A stretch of 46,618 nucleotides of DNA from Gemmatimonadota bacterium (GTDB taxonomy: Bacteria; 4572-55; J002): positions 1 to 46,618 of the forward strand of contig RFFQ01000025.1 in assembly GCA_003697105.1 (NCBI GenBank). The letters are read 5' to 3'. Under the pieces are notes generated by a model. The model searched no databases, was not told the origin of the DNA, and saw nothing but the letters and a program-made list of their open reading frames with translations. A program made the position numbers and the translations under genes. Positions 26,654 to 36,136 of the stretch are shown in pieces (the stretch's first letter is position 1; each line of letters opens with the position of its first letter).

Positions 26654-29218
26654 TTACGCGCTCTGTTCGGCTTTCCACAACGTGATCAATGCGGCGACTC
26701 CGAAAAAGAGATTACCCATCCAAGCCGCAAAGAGCGGGTCTAGCGCACCCGTTTCTCCCATCGAGCGTCCTACTTGGACAAAACCCCAATAGATGAAACT
26801 GACAAAAATGCTGATGCCAAACCCGAGGGCATTTCCCCCCCGTGCCGTCGCACTGGAAAGTGGCGCTCCAAACAGCACAATAATAAAACTGACAAATGGA
26901 AACGCTAGCTTAAAATGCCACCGTACCAACCACTTTGTCACATCTTCCCCTCCGGCACGAATGCGTTCAATGTACTGCCCCAGTTGCACATAGTTCATCT
27001 CATCCGGTTGAAGGGCTTTATTGGCAAAATCTGTAGGGATTTCGGTCAGATACGTCATTCGGACTTCGTGAAAGTGATAGGCTTCCTCAACATGTGCCGC
27101 CGTGTTGAACAACCGCACATAACCTTTCTTAAACACCCAACTGGAATCTTGGTAAACTGCTTGTTTTGCATCGATTCGCATCATCAGAGTATCATTGAGG
27201 GGGTATGTTAGCAATACATCACTCAACGTTTGGATTTTGGGGTCGTAGCGGCGAGCGTAGTACATCCGATCTCCCTCGCCCCGGTGAAATACATTTTGGC
27301 GAATGCGTTCGCTGGATGTTTCTCGTTTCCGAATTTGTTTATTTTCGATATAATTCATTTGACGCATGGTGTGCGGTACCACCAATTCATTGAGTGCCAT
27401 CACTCCAAAGCTGATCAGCAATCCGATGAAGAAGACCGGTAGTAGCAGGCGAGTCAGGCTAATCCCCGCGGCTTTCATTACCATGATTTCACGGTGTTTT
27501 GCCAATCCGCCAATCCCGAAAATACAAGCGAGGAGAACGCCAATGGGGATCACAATCGTTAATATCCACGGAATTTTTAACAGATAATACAGGGCGACAA
27601 TCTCTGCTGGTACCTCGTTAGAAACATAGCGGTGCACTCGCTCAAAAAAATCCACCACGAGAAAGATCACGATAAATGAAATCAGGCAAAATGCGAACGC
27701 TACCAGAAAGTTCCACGCCACATGTAAATCAAGCAAGCGAACCCATTTCAACCGGACGGATTGAATTTCAATCGTGGCGTAGGATTCTCCGGCAGTGGGG
27801 ATATGGCTCTGGCGGCGAAACCAGCGAAACACATTGAAGATTTGCAACCATCCCCAATCAATGGCTTTGGTTTCGCGCACGTTTTGGATGCAGAGGTAAA
27901 TTCCGGCAATGCCAATCAGGATATTTGCCCCCCACATTGCCCAGAATGGGGATGCCAGCCCCCGGTCGGCCATTCGTTCGCCCCCAATGAGGAACATGTA
28001 ATAGAGGATGAAAAATCCTAAGCTGACACTGAATCCAACCCCGACACCCCCCCGTCGCGCCACAATACCGAGTGGCGCACCTACCAGTACAAACACAACA
28101 CAAGCAAAGGGGATGGCATATTTTTTCTCGATTTCTACCTGATAGCGGTTGATCTGTTTCTGCTTGGAGTCATACAGCCAAGATTGTTGCTGAAACCGTT
28201 GCATAGACTGGTTTTTCCGATCTACAGGTTTCAGCCGTAAGAAGGGATCAATCTGCTGGCGGTTCCGTGTCCGGTTGGTATCGGGAGTGATAATGTATCG
28301 CTGCAAATAGGTGCTTGTGGGGAATCCTTTTGCCAGATCATGCATGGTGTACCGCCACTCGTCTTCCAGAGTGGTTATCATCTTTTCCAGAGCGTTTTGC
28401 TGTTCTTCGCGGTAGGTCTGGATGCGTTCCCGCATGTGGTCAACACTCATTTCGCGGTCACCGCGGTAACTGCGTTGCTGTCGTTCTAGTTCATCCCCCA
28501 CGCCGGGGATGATCAACTGGTGCTTCTCAAAATCAAGGCGATGAAACCGGCTGGGGTCTTTGGGATCAACCTCTTGCAATTCACCATCTTCCAACGTAAG
28601 TACAAGCACGGTTTCGTTATTTTCAAAGCTAAGTTCTCCCCGTTTAGCTTCAATTTTTCGGGGTGACCGGCGAGGCTGATCCGGCAATTCATAAATGGTC
28701 ACATCGCGCATTTTAGAGGTTAGTGGATCAAGATGGCGGACATAGATGCTATACCCCTCAAATTCCTCAATAAACAAACCTTCCACCAGCTTGAGCGCCG
28801 GGCGTTTGCGGTGAATATCGATTAATAAATTTTTGAGTTTATGATTGGACTCCGGCAGGATCGTATTGTTAAAATAAACTAAACTAATTGCGATCAAACC
28901 AGACATCAGAAAACTGGGTAAGACCATCCGGTAAAGATTCACCCCGGAGGCTTTGAGCGCGGTGACCTCATTATCCTGCGATAATCGGCCAAATGCCATT
29001 AATGTGGCTACTAATACGGCCATCGGCACTGTCATCGCCAGAATGTAAGGCAAGCTGAGCATAAAAATTTCGGCAACAACCGAACCGGGCAAGCCTTTGC
29101 CGATGATCAGGTCGAGTAAATCGAACAATTTATCCATAAATAGCACAAATGTCAGAATCGCTAGTGCGGAAATAAAGGGTCCGATATGTTCGCGGAGAAT
29201 ATAGAGGGATATGCGCAT
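26654..29218 (-). CDS. Fused LptF-LptG LPS-export permease
   Basis: Two complete YjgP/Q units: RLSQDNEVTALKASG...KYAIPFAC, and LAKHREIMVMKAAG...KLAFPFVS...AAWMGN. Confidence 0.9.
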   Translation of the reverse strand: MRISLYILREHIGPFISALAILTFVLFMDKLFDLLDLIIGKGLPGSVVAEIFMLSLPYILAMTVPMAVLVATLMAFGRLSQDNEVTALKASGVNLYRMVLPSFLMSGLIAISLVYFNNTILPESNHKLKNLLIDIHRKRPALKLVEGLFIEEFEGYSIYVRHLDPLTSKMRDVTIYELPDQPRRSPRKIEAKRGELSFENNETVLVLTLEDGELQEVDPKDPSRFHRLDFEKHQLIIPGVGDELERQQRSYRGDREMSVDHMRERIQTYREEQQNALEKMITTLEDEWRYTMHDLAKGFPTSTYLQRYIITPDTNRTRNRQQIDPFLRLKPVDRKNQSMQRFQQQSWLYDSKQKQINRYQVEIEKKYAIPFACVVFVLVGAPLGIVARRGGVGVGFSVSLGFFILYYMFLIGGERMADRGLASPFWAMWGANILIGIAGIYLCIQNVRETKAIDWGWLQIFNVFRWFRRQSHIPTAGESYATIEIQSVRLKWVRLLDLHVAWNFLVAFAFCLISFIVIFLVVDFFERVHRYVSNEVPAEIVALYYLLKIPWILTIVIPIGVLLACIFGIGGLAKHREIMVMKAAGISLTRLLLPVFFIGLLISFGVMALNELVVPHTMRQMNYIENKQIRKRETSSERIRQNVFHRGEGDRMYYARRYDPKIQTLSDVLLTYPLNDTLMMRIDAKQAVYQDSSWVFKKGYVRLFNTAAHVEEAYHFHEVRMTYLTEIPTDFANKALQPDEMNYVQLGQYIERIRAGGEDVTKWLVRWHFKLAFPFVSFIIVLFGAPLSSATARGGNALGFGISIFVSFIYWGFVQVGRSMGETGALDPLFAAWMGNLFFGVAALITLWKAEQSA

Positions 29219-29230
29219 AAAAAGCGGGGT

Positions 29231-29285
29231 GAGTTTGTGAGTTTTACGAGTTTGGGAGTTTATGAGTTTGTGAGTTTTATGAGTT
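29231..29285 (-). repeat. AACTC-core 8-9 bp tandem array (7 units), reverse orientation
   Basis: GAGTTTGT GAGTTTTAC GAGTTTGG GAGTTTAT GAGTTTGT GAGTTTTAT GAGTT; overlaps the last codons of the REC-kinase gene. Confidence 0.85.
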
Positions 29286-30381
29286 GATGCGTTTGCGATT
29301 CCACATTGCTTATTGGGAGGGTAAAATGGAAGGTGCTACCCTGACCTTGTTCGGATTCCACCCAAATTTTACCTCCGTGGGCGTCCACAATGGATTTGCA
29401 AATGGCGAGTCCGAGTCCGGTACCTTTATGCTTTTGATTTGATTCTAATTGGCGATATTTGTCAAAAATCACCTTTTGCTCCGAAGGAGATATTCCAGGT
29501 CCATCATCTGCTACCGAAACATGTAAATTATTTTTTTCCTGAAAGAGGTGTAACCGCACGGTGCCGCCTTCCGGGGTAAACTTGATTGCATTGCTCAATA
29601 GGTTCATCAGGACTTGTTCGTATTTTGTTGAGTCCAGCTCGATCATTGGTAGGGATTGGTCAAGTTCAGCTGTGACCGTAATGCGATATTTTTCAGCTAG
29701 CGCCCGCATTCGCTCAAAAATGCCATGAGTTAGATAGACCACATCGGTAAGTTGTCGGGATAGTTTGACTGCTAGAAATTCAAGGCGGGATAAATCCAGT
29801 AGATTATTGACATGTTTCAGCAAATTATCTGTTGTTTTCAGTACAGTTTCCAAATATTCGGTTTGCTGTACGTTAATTTCTCCGACGGTGCCATTTTTAA
29901 TCAGTTCTGTTGTGGTGTAGATCACTTGGAGCGGGCTACGCAGATCATGAATGAGCATGGACATATATTCTTGTTTAAGCCGTTCCAAATCGCGTTCTGC
30001 CTTGACTGTTCGCAAGATGGAGCGGACACGTACTTGGAGTTCGGCGGTATCGATGGGCTTCGTGAGGTACTCATCGGCGCCGAGTTGGAAACCCTCTTCA
30101 ATACTTTTTGCGTCCCGGAAGGCGGCACTAAGGATAATCACCGGAATTTTTTCCGATAGGGTGTTGGATTTCAATTTCTTCAGTACGGAAAACCCGTTCA
30201 TCACGGGCATTTGTACGTCCAGTAGGATTAAGTCCGGCTGGTATTGGGTGACCATTTCGAGGCATTGTTGCCCGTTTGTTGCACACAACGTGTTGTATTC
30301 GTTACCTAGAATAGTTGCCAGAAGTTCCAAATTATCTGGGTAATCATCCACGATCAGGATTGTGCTTCGATGGGATTCCAT
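29260..30381 (-). CDS. Hybrid response regulator-histidine kinase (REC-HisKA-HATPase)
   Basis: [48 protein letters not shown]. Confidence 0.93.
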   Translation of the reverse strand: MESHRSTILIVDDYPDNLELLATILGNEYNTLCATNGQQCLEMVTQYQPDLILLDVQMPVMNGFSVLKKLKSNTLSEKIPVIILSAAFRDAKSIEEGFQLGADEYLTKPIDTAELQVRVRSILRTVKAERDLERLKQEYMSMLIHDLRSPLQVIYTTTELIKNGTVGEINVQQTEYLETVLKTTDNLLKHVNNLLDLSRLEFLAVKLSRQLTDVVYLTHGIFERMRALAEKYRITVTAELDQSLPMIELDSTKYEQVLMNLLSNAIKFTPEGGTVRLHLFQEKNNLHVSVADDGPGISPSEQKVIFDKYRQLESNQKHKGTGLGLAICKSIVDAHGGKIWVESEQGQGSTFHFTLPISNVESQTHQLIKLTNS

Positions 30382-30391
30382 GTTGGTCTGT

Positions 30392-32812
30392 TTAGCCTCC
30401 CATAGATTTCATCACAGCATGTCGTTTAGCCGATGGTAATTTGATGATAAATTTGCACCCGCTGCTGATTTCTTCATTATAATGGTACGGACTTTCGACC
30501 CAAATTCGCCCCCCATGTTTTTTGATAATGTCCTCACAAATGGCAAGTCCGAGTCCGGTACCTTCCGGTTTGTTGGTTAGGATGTCACCCGCCTGATAGA
30601 ATCGAGTGAAAATGTGCTTTTGGTCTTCTGATGGAATACCTTTGCCCGTATCGATTACACTGAGTATTAACCAATTTTTATCATGTTGCAAGCTGATGAG
30701 GACGGATCCCTTTGCCGGGGTAAATTTATAAGCATTGTCCACTAATTTAGACAACGCAAGTTCCAATTTGATGGCATTACCGTGTACGGGTGGGGCGTCT
30801 TCCTCTACATCAAGTTGGAAGGTTATGCCTTTTTTCTCAAAATTCGGGGCTAAATTGTCGTACACGTTCCGGATCACATCTTGTAACCGGAGGTCTTCCA
30901 TTGCCCATTCTACTTTTCCGGCGTCTTCTTCAGCGATATGGATGATGTCATTGGCGATGGTGGATAAATTCCGGCTCTGATTCAGGATGGATGTGGCAAA
31001 TTTTCGGGTTTTTTCCAGACCTAAATCTACCCCAGAGGCTAATAATTCTGAACAGGCGATAATCCCAGAAAGGGGGGTTCGAAGTTCATGTGAGATGTTG
31101 GTAATAAAATTGGATTTCATGCGGTCTAACATTTTCAACTCTTCCACCACATGGGTTAACTCCCGATTGGTTCGATCCAATTGGTCGTACAGCCGTACGT
31201 TTTCAATAGCAATGGCTATTTGGTCACTTAAGCATTCCAAAAATGCCAGCTCGGAGTAGGAAAATTCACGTGTCAAAGCTTGGCTATCGACATAGATGAC
31301 GCCCACTTTGCGGTCTTTCACTTTGAGGGGTACACACATGATTGTTTTCAGTTGCAACAACATGCCACTTTGGCTGTTAACCGGATTTTTACCAGATTCC
31401 GTATGACACGTGGAGATTCCCGTTTTCAGCACATTTTCCACAACCGACCGGCTATAAGAGATGCTCAGTGGTAGTGATTCCTGATGTTGGTTGCGAGCAA
31501 CGCTTAAAATCAAGGTATCGTACTCATCAATGGTGAATAACAAGCCGCGCTCCGCGCCGGTCAAATCGATAATCATATCGACGACACTGACCATCAGTTC
31601 TTCCAGTTTAACGGTGGCGGTGAGTGCCTCAATAACATCCAGCAGCATGACTACATTGCGATAATCTCGTGCGGTTTCCCCGGTGAAAATTCCGGCTAGC
31701 TTATCGAAACGGTAATGTTGTGCCTCGTAATCGGCTTCCCATACACGGTAGCAATTGCCGCCATCCAGTTTTGCCCGTGCTAAGGCTTGATCCATGTGTT
31801 TGACGAGCATCTCTTTATTGGGGGCATGTTCGGGATATGCCACTACCCCAGCACTAATGGTCAACGGTACGTCGCAGTTGTGAAAAGCCTTCTTTTCGAC
31901 AGCTTCGCGCACTTGTTCGGCAACAACTTTACCGCCTTTGAGGTCCGTTTGGGGGCAGAGCAAAATAAACATATCCCCCCCGTACCGGGCGCAGATATCG
32001 GCTTTGCGGACACTCTCCCGGATGGTCTGTGCAAGTTCAGCCAGGACGGCATCGCCTTGTTGGTGCCCATATCGCCGGTTCACCTGTTGAAAGCGATCCA
32101 CATCGATAATCACCAGTGAAAAGGGGATTTTATTTTGATCGGCAATGCGAATTTCTTGGGTTAAGCGTTGCTCAAAATAGCGGCGATTGTCCACATGTGT
32201 TAAAGCGTCTGTGGTGGCTTGTTGGTAAAGCCGAGCGTTAATCATGGCAATCGTGGCTTGGTTCCCAAGTGCCTGAAAGAACATCAATTCATCACGGCTC
32301 AAATCCAATTGTTGGTGTTGTCGATCCACATAGACTACACCAATAATATCATGCAGATAGGAAAGAGGTATTTCGCGGCGTTCATGCATTAATTGTTTAT
32401 CTTGTTCCCGTAAAATCACTTTTAGGGGGATGCAGAGCATTGCGCTGAGTTGTAATTTTTCCAAGGCGGCGTGTTGGTCTGCAAGATAGGGGTCGGTAAG
32501 TGGTTCCTTGACCCACAGGATTTCTCCGGTTTCTTGGACATATTGTAGCACGTGGTTTAACAGTTGGGTTGTTGCGGGGTCTTGCTGTAATCCGGTTAGG
32601 TTTTCATGGTGAGCCGTACGGGCAACCGCAATTTCCCGGTTGTGGGCTTCATCCATCAGGACGAGGATACCTCGATCTGCCTGTGTTAATTCAACCACCG
32701 TATCAACAATAAGAACGAGGGTATGGTCATAATCCGGTACGGAATAGTTCAGTACGGTTCCAATTTCAAACAGGCGAGACCACCAATGATCGACACGAGA
32801 GATATTTGCCAT
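30392..32812 (-). CDS. GAF-GGDEF(degenerate)-GAF-histidine kinase
   Basis: Two GAF domains ending AMINARLY and [13 protein letters not shown]...DVDRF...YGHQQGD...[40 protein letters not shown]. Confidence 0.88.
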   Translation of the reverse strand: MANISRVDHWWSRLFEIGTVLNYSVPDYDHTLVLIVDTVVELTQADRGILVLMDEAHNREIAVARTAHHENLTGLQQDPATTQLLNHVLQYVQETGEILWVKEPLTDPYLADQHAALEKLQLSAMLCIPLKVILREQDKQLMHERREIPLSYLHDIIGVVYVDRQHQQLDLSRDELMFFQALGNQATIAMINARLYQQATTDALTHVDNRRYFEQRLTQEIRIADQNKIPFSLVIIDVDRFQQVNRRYGHQQGDAVLAELAQTIRESVRKADICARYGGDMFILLCPQTDLKGGKVVAEQVREAVEKKAFHNCDVPLTISAGVVAYPEHAPNKEMLVKHMDQALARAKLDGGNCYRVWEADYEAQHYRFDKLAGIFTGETARDYRNVVMLLDVIEALTATVKLEELMVSVVDMIIDLTGAERGLLFTIDEYDTLILSVARNQHQESLPLSISYSRSVVENVLKTGISTCHTESGKNPVNSQSGMLLQLKTIMCVPLKVKDRKVGVIYVDSQALTREFSYSELAFLECLSDQIAIAIENVRLYDQLDRTNRELTHVVEELKMLDRMKSNFITNISHELRTPLSGIIACSELLASGVDLGLEKTRKFATSILNQSRNLSTIANDIIHIAEEDAGKVEWAMEDLRLQDVIRNVYDNLAPNFEKKGITFQLDVEEDAPPVHGNAIKLELALSKLVDNAYKFTPAKGSVLISLQHDKNWLILSVIDTGKGIPSEDQKHIFTRFYQAGDILTNKPEGTGLGLAICEDIIKKHGGRIWVESPYHYNEEISSGCKFIIKLPSAKRHAVMKSMGG

Positions 32813-32815
32813 AGC

Positions 32816-33397
32816 TTATCTGTTTGGGTTAAGTTTCGGAAATAGATTTTGGGTGATAATGCGTTCTAAGATTAGGACAAAACTTGCCCAATAGATACCA
32901 ACTATCGCACCCCCGATCACATCTAAGGGATAGTGTACCCCGATGTAAATACGGGAGTAACTCACTGAAAATGCAATGAGTAACACCACTGGTATTGTTT
33001 TGGGAAAATTTACGCTGAAATAGGTTGCCAGCCCGAACATGTTCGCGGCATGGGAAGACACAAATGAATACGATTTTTTGCGCGACCAGTATATTGCATC
33101 CGGTAATTCAATACAGGGGCGTAGCCGTTTGAACAATGGTTTAAAAATGCTCGATGCCGTTTGGTCTGCTAGGAGAATCACCAGCAAAATACCAACTGCC
33201 GCAATGCGTCCTTTTTTGCCCCCCCGAATGACCAGCCAGAGCCACGTGACCACAACTAACGGAATCCAGTTATCAAAATCGGTAATGAAAGGCATCACGA
33301 CATCTAAAAATGGTGTCCGTGCGTGGTTGATCAGGTAAAATGTACGAATGTCCCACGCCAAAAGTGCTTCCCAGATCGGAACAAGTTGATCAATCAT
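32816..33397 (-). CDS. PAP2-family membrane phosphatase
   Basis: KPLFKRLRP, SFVSSHA, SRIYIGVHYPLDV. Confidence 0.92.
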   Translation of the reverse strand: MIDQLVPIWEALLAWDIRTFYLINHARTPFLDVVMPFITDFDNWIPLVVVTWLWLVIRGGKKGRIAAVGILLVILLADQTASSIFKPLFKRLRPCIELPDAIYWSRKKSYSFVSSHAANMFGLATYFSVNFPKTIPVVLLIAFSVSYSRIYIGVHYPLDVIGGAIVGIYWASFVLILERIITQNLFPKLNPNR

Positions 33398-33406
33398 AAT
33401 GTACTA

Positions 33407-33621
33407 GACTCTCAAACTCTCCAACTCACTCAACTCGTAAAACTCCCTAACTCCCAAACTCCCAAACTCGTAAAACTCCCAAACTCCCAAACTCGTAAAA
33501 CTCCTCAACTCCCCAACTCGTAAAATTCCTCAACTCCCCAACTCGTAAAACTCCCTAACTCACTCAACTCGTAAAACTCCTCAACTCCCCAACTCGTAAA
33601 ACTCCCCAACTCACTCAACTC
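33407..33621 (+). repeat. AACTC-core tandem array (26 units) with a 25-26 bp higher-order period
   Basis: AACTCGTAA occurs 7 times, separated by two (once three) AACTCNNN units; fills the uppP-PAP2 spacer. Confidence 0.95.
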
Positions 33622-34415
33622 AAAACACTCCATCCAATACCGGTGAGTCCGACCAGAGCGCAATAGTAGGCAAAATATTCTAATTTCCCTCGTTTAACTA
33701 CTTCCAGCAAGAGTTTGATTGCAACCACGCCCGAAGCATAGGCGGCGAGTGTCCCTGCTAGGATGGGAAGAAGTGTGTCCCACGCTGTTCCAGTTTCAAG
33801 AATATCTTTTGTTTTTAGGAGAGTTGCACCTAAAATTACGGGAATTGCCATTAAAAATGAAAATTCGGCGGCTTCCTGTTTATCTACTTTCAAATAAAGG
33901 GCGGTACAGATTGTCGAGCCAGAGCGGGAAATCCCGGGGATAATTGCAAATGCTTGGGCGATACCAATCACAATGCTTTTCCAAGCGGAGAGGCAGTCGC
34001 TTTGATCCGGTACAAATCGCGTGAAAAACAGGATTGCTGCCGTTACCAGTAAGGCACATGAAACTATTAGATAATTATCAAAAGCAGATTCGATCGGGTC
34101 TTTAAACAGCAGTCCAACAATAACAGCAGGAATCGTGGCGAAACCGATGAAGACCACGACATCAAAATCGCGGTTTCGTTGCTTTTTCTGGATAACCTGA
34201 ATTGGTGAGCGGAGAAGTACCCCAATCCGGTGCCAAAAAACCGTTATGATGGAAAGCACCGTCCCAAAATGCACAAAGACTTCAAATGTAATATCATCAA
34301 TAATATGGACATTTAAAATTTCTTGAGCGAGCACCAAATGCCCGGAACTGCTGACCGGTAGAAATTCGGTTAATCCTTGGATCAGCCCCAAAATGACTGC
34401 TTGTAAAACCGTCAT
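33615..34415 (-). CDS. uppP: Undecaprenyl-diphosphatase UppP/BacA
   Basis: GLIQGLTEFLPVSSSGHL, PGISRSGSTI, AAEFSFL. Confidence 0.96.
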   Translation of the reverse strand: MTVLQAVILGLIQGLTEFLPVSSSGHLVLAQEILNVHIIDDITFEVFVHFGTVLSIITVFWHRIGVLLRSPIQVIQKKQRNRDFDVVVFIGFATIPAVIVGLLFKDPIESAFDNYLIVSCALLVTAAILFFTRFVPDQSDCLSAWKSIVIGIAQAFAIIPGISRSGSTICTALYLKVDKQEAAEFSFLMAIPVILGATLLKTKDILETGTAWDTLLPILAGTLAAYASGVVAIKLLLEVVKRGKLEYFAYYCALVGLTGIGWSVLS

Positions 34416-34436
34416 TACGCCCTCTTCATAAATATA

Positions 34437-34475
34437 AAGACACAGAGGTTCGGCGAATGTTTCCCCCTGTGTCTT
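34437..34475 (-). terminator. Hairpin between the hypothetical gene and uppP
   Basis: AAGACACAG...CTGTGTCTT inverted repeat, with an AT-rich tail on the minus strand. Confidence 0.4.
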
Positions 34476-34494
34476 ATCCGCAAAGTTGGTTGAA

Positions 34495-35337
34495 TTAAAG
34501 TGTCAGTAAAACTCCTAGCGTAGCAGATAGCAGAGTTCCTCCGAGTAAGGCAAGTAAAAGCACCGGTCGTAAGCAACCGGGCAGGTCCGCATAAGCATCT
34601 TTCGTCTCTTTTTGTTTGTCTTTATCCGCCACACGTTGAATGCCAACCGGTTCACCTTTGGTTTTACCATCCTTGTACACATATTCCCAGAAGGCATTTG
34701 TACGGGGATTGATGGTGGTGTTCAGTTCCTGAATGCGGGTTTCGATGGTGTCCAAATCTAGAATAGGGCAAAATCGATATTTTTCCAGACAGGTGTACAC
34801 ATGCTTACGCACTTCATTTTTGTTGACATGAAAGAGCATACCGTGCATTTCGCCAAATTGGCTTAAATTCGGTGAGCCAAATTCATATAAGCCCGCACGG
34901 TAACAACCCAATATGTTCTGGTCATCGCCGCTACCGTCACAGTAGATCGATGGATCGTAAGCATCCAAATAATCCCGGAAGCACCGCAACGCTGGCTCCT
35001 GTACGTCATCAAAATCTGGGGCGGCTTTGGCATCCACATAAACTAGATGCGGTTTAAATGGTTTTTCATCACGCTTCCACTCGTGTTCAATGCTACGAAC
35101 TAACTCCAATTGAAGAAAAAACGGTTCGATAAGTTTCGGCTCGCTACCAATCGCATAATGGGAACGATGTCGTGTTCCGGCGGTTTCCGTTTTACTCGCT
35201 TGCCGGGCTTGGTCGATCAGCTTAGAGTGGTGCGGGTCACCGGAAAAGTCATCATATTCCAGCGTGAGTACTTTGATTTTCTTTGCCTGAAAGCCCGGTT
35301 GGATCCGCTTGTTCTCACCTTCAATATAAGCCGGCAT
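34495..35337 (-). CDS. Hypothetical protein with a C-terminal membrane anchor
   Basis: 280-aa ORF, strong SD AAGGAGG, co-oriented with neighbours; ends LPGCLRPVLLLALLGGTLLSATLGVLLTL. Confidence 0.75.
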   Translation of the reverse strand: MPAYIEGENKRIQPGFQAKKIKVLTLEYDDFSGDPHHSKLIDQARQASKTETAGTRHRSHYAIGSEPKLIEPFFLQLELVRSIEHEWKRDEKPFKPHLVYVDAKAAPDFDDVQEPALRCFRDYLDAYDPSIYCDGSGDDQNILGCYRAGLYEFGSPNLSQFGEMHGMLFHVNKNEVRKHVYTCLEKYRFCPILDLDTIETRIQELNTTINPRTNAFWEYVYKDGKTKGEPVGIQRVADKDKQKETKDAYADLPGCLRPVLLLALLGGTLLSATLGVLLTL

Positions 35338-35352
35338 GGTTACCTCCTTTCC

Positions 35353-35991
35353 CTAATAGATACGAATCCCCAGCCGAACCCCCAATCCGGAAACACCAAT
35401 TTCTTCTTCGATAGGCAGACCTTCCTTACGACCCGCACTGCGGGAAACCGTCGCATCATTCCAGAAGAGTTCGCCAATAAGGTCAGAGCGACTTCCTAGC
35501 GGGTACAAGAGTCCCCCGGCGAGTGACCAACCAAATCCACCATAATTCCGGGTACGGCTGGAATTATTTTCGTGGTCTTGTTCTTTGTTGCGCAACCACT
35601 GATAGCCGATGCCAAGATTCAGATATGGATTAACTAGAAATTGGGACACCGGTAAGTTGATGGAAAGGTTGAACATAAATGGGACCAGTAAGGTATGGAA
35701 TTCCGTCTGAATGGAACTCCAGTGGCTGTCAATACCACTCGGGTGGCTACCGGCAATTTTGACCCGTTTTTTGTATTCCTGCTGGTAAAAATCCACACTG
35801 AATCCAAAATTAACGCGTTGATCGACCGCTCGCCCGTATTGAGCGCCTAAAATCCACCCAGATTTGGTATCTGTCGGGTTAAAATAACCGACCCGAAAAT
35901 CAAAACTGGAGTTATATGCGGAAACCGCAAAACTAAGGGAAGGAAGAAACAGTAAGAGTCCGAAAAAGGTGCAAAAAGCGGTGGGTTTCAT
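35353..35991 (-). CDS. Outer-membrane beta-barrel protein (OmpA/OmpW-like, probably 8-stranded)
   Basis: Signal peptide, alternating strands (PYLNLGIGY, GWSLAGG), terminal GVRLGIRIY. Confidence 0.8.
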   Translation of the reverse strand: MKPTAFCTFFGLLLFLPSLSFAVSAYNSSFDFRVGYFNPTDTKSGWILGAQYGRAVDQRVNFGFSVDFYQQEYKKRVKIAGSHPSGIDSHWSSIQTEFHTLLVPFMFNLSINLPVSQFLVNPYLNLGIGYQWLRNKEQDHENNSSRTRNYGGFGWSLAGGLLYPLGSRSDLIGELFWNDATVSRSAGRKEGLPIEEEIGVSGLGVRLGIRIY

Positions 35992-36136
35992 TGTTTATTG
36001 TTCTCCATCAAAATTGAGCGGAGTGCTAGACCAATCCAACGTGAATCGTGTGAGTATTATAACACCTTTACGGATACGATTCAAGAGAATTGTTCTTTCA
36101 ATGATGGATTCCTGCCGCTATGATCGTGAGCTAGGG

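Noticed and set aside
33323-33523. 66-aa + strand ORF (SQTPKLVKLPN repeats)
   Set aside because: Translation of the tandem repeat, antisense to PAP2
33407-33621. Possible CRISPR array
   Set aside because: Period is only 25-26 bp, the intervening sequence is itself made of the same AACTC unit (no unique spacers), and there are no cas genes
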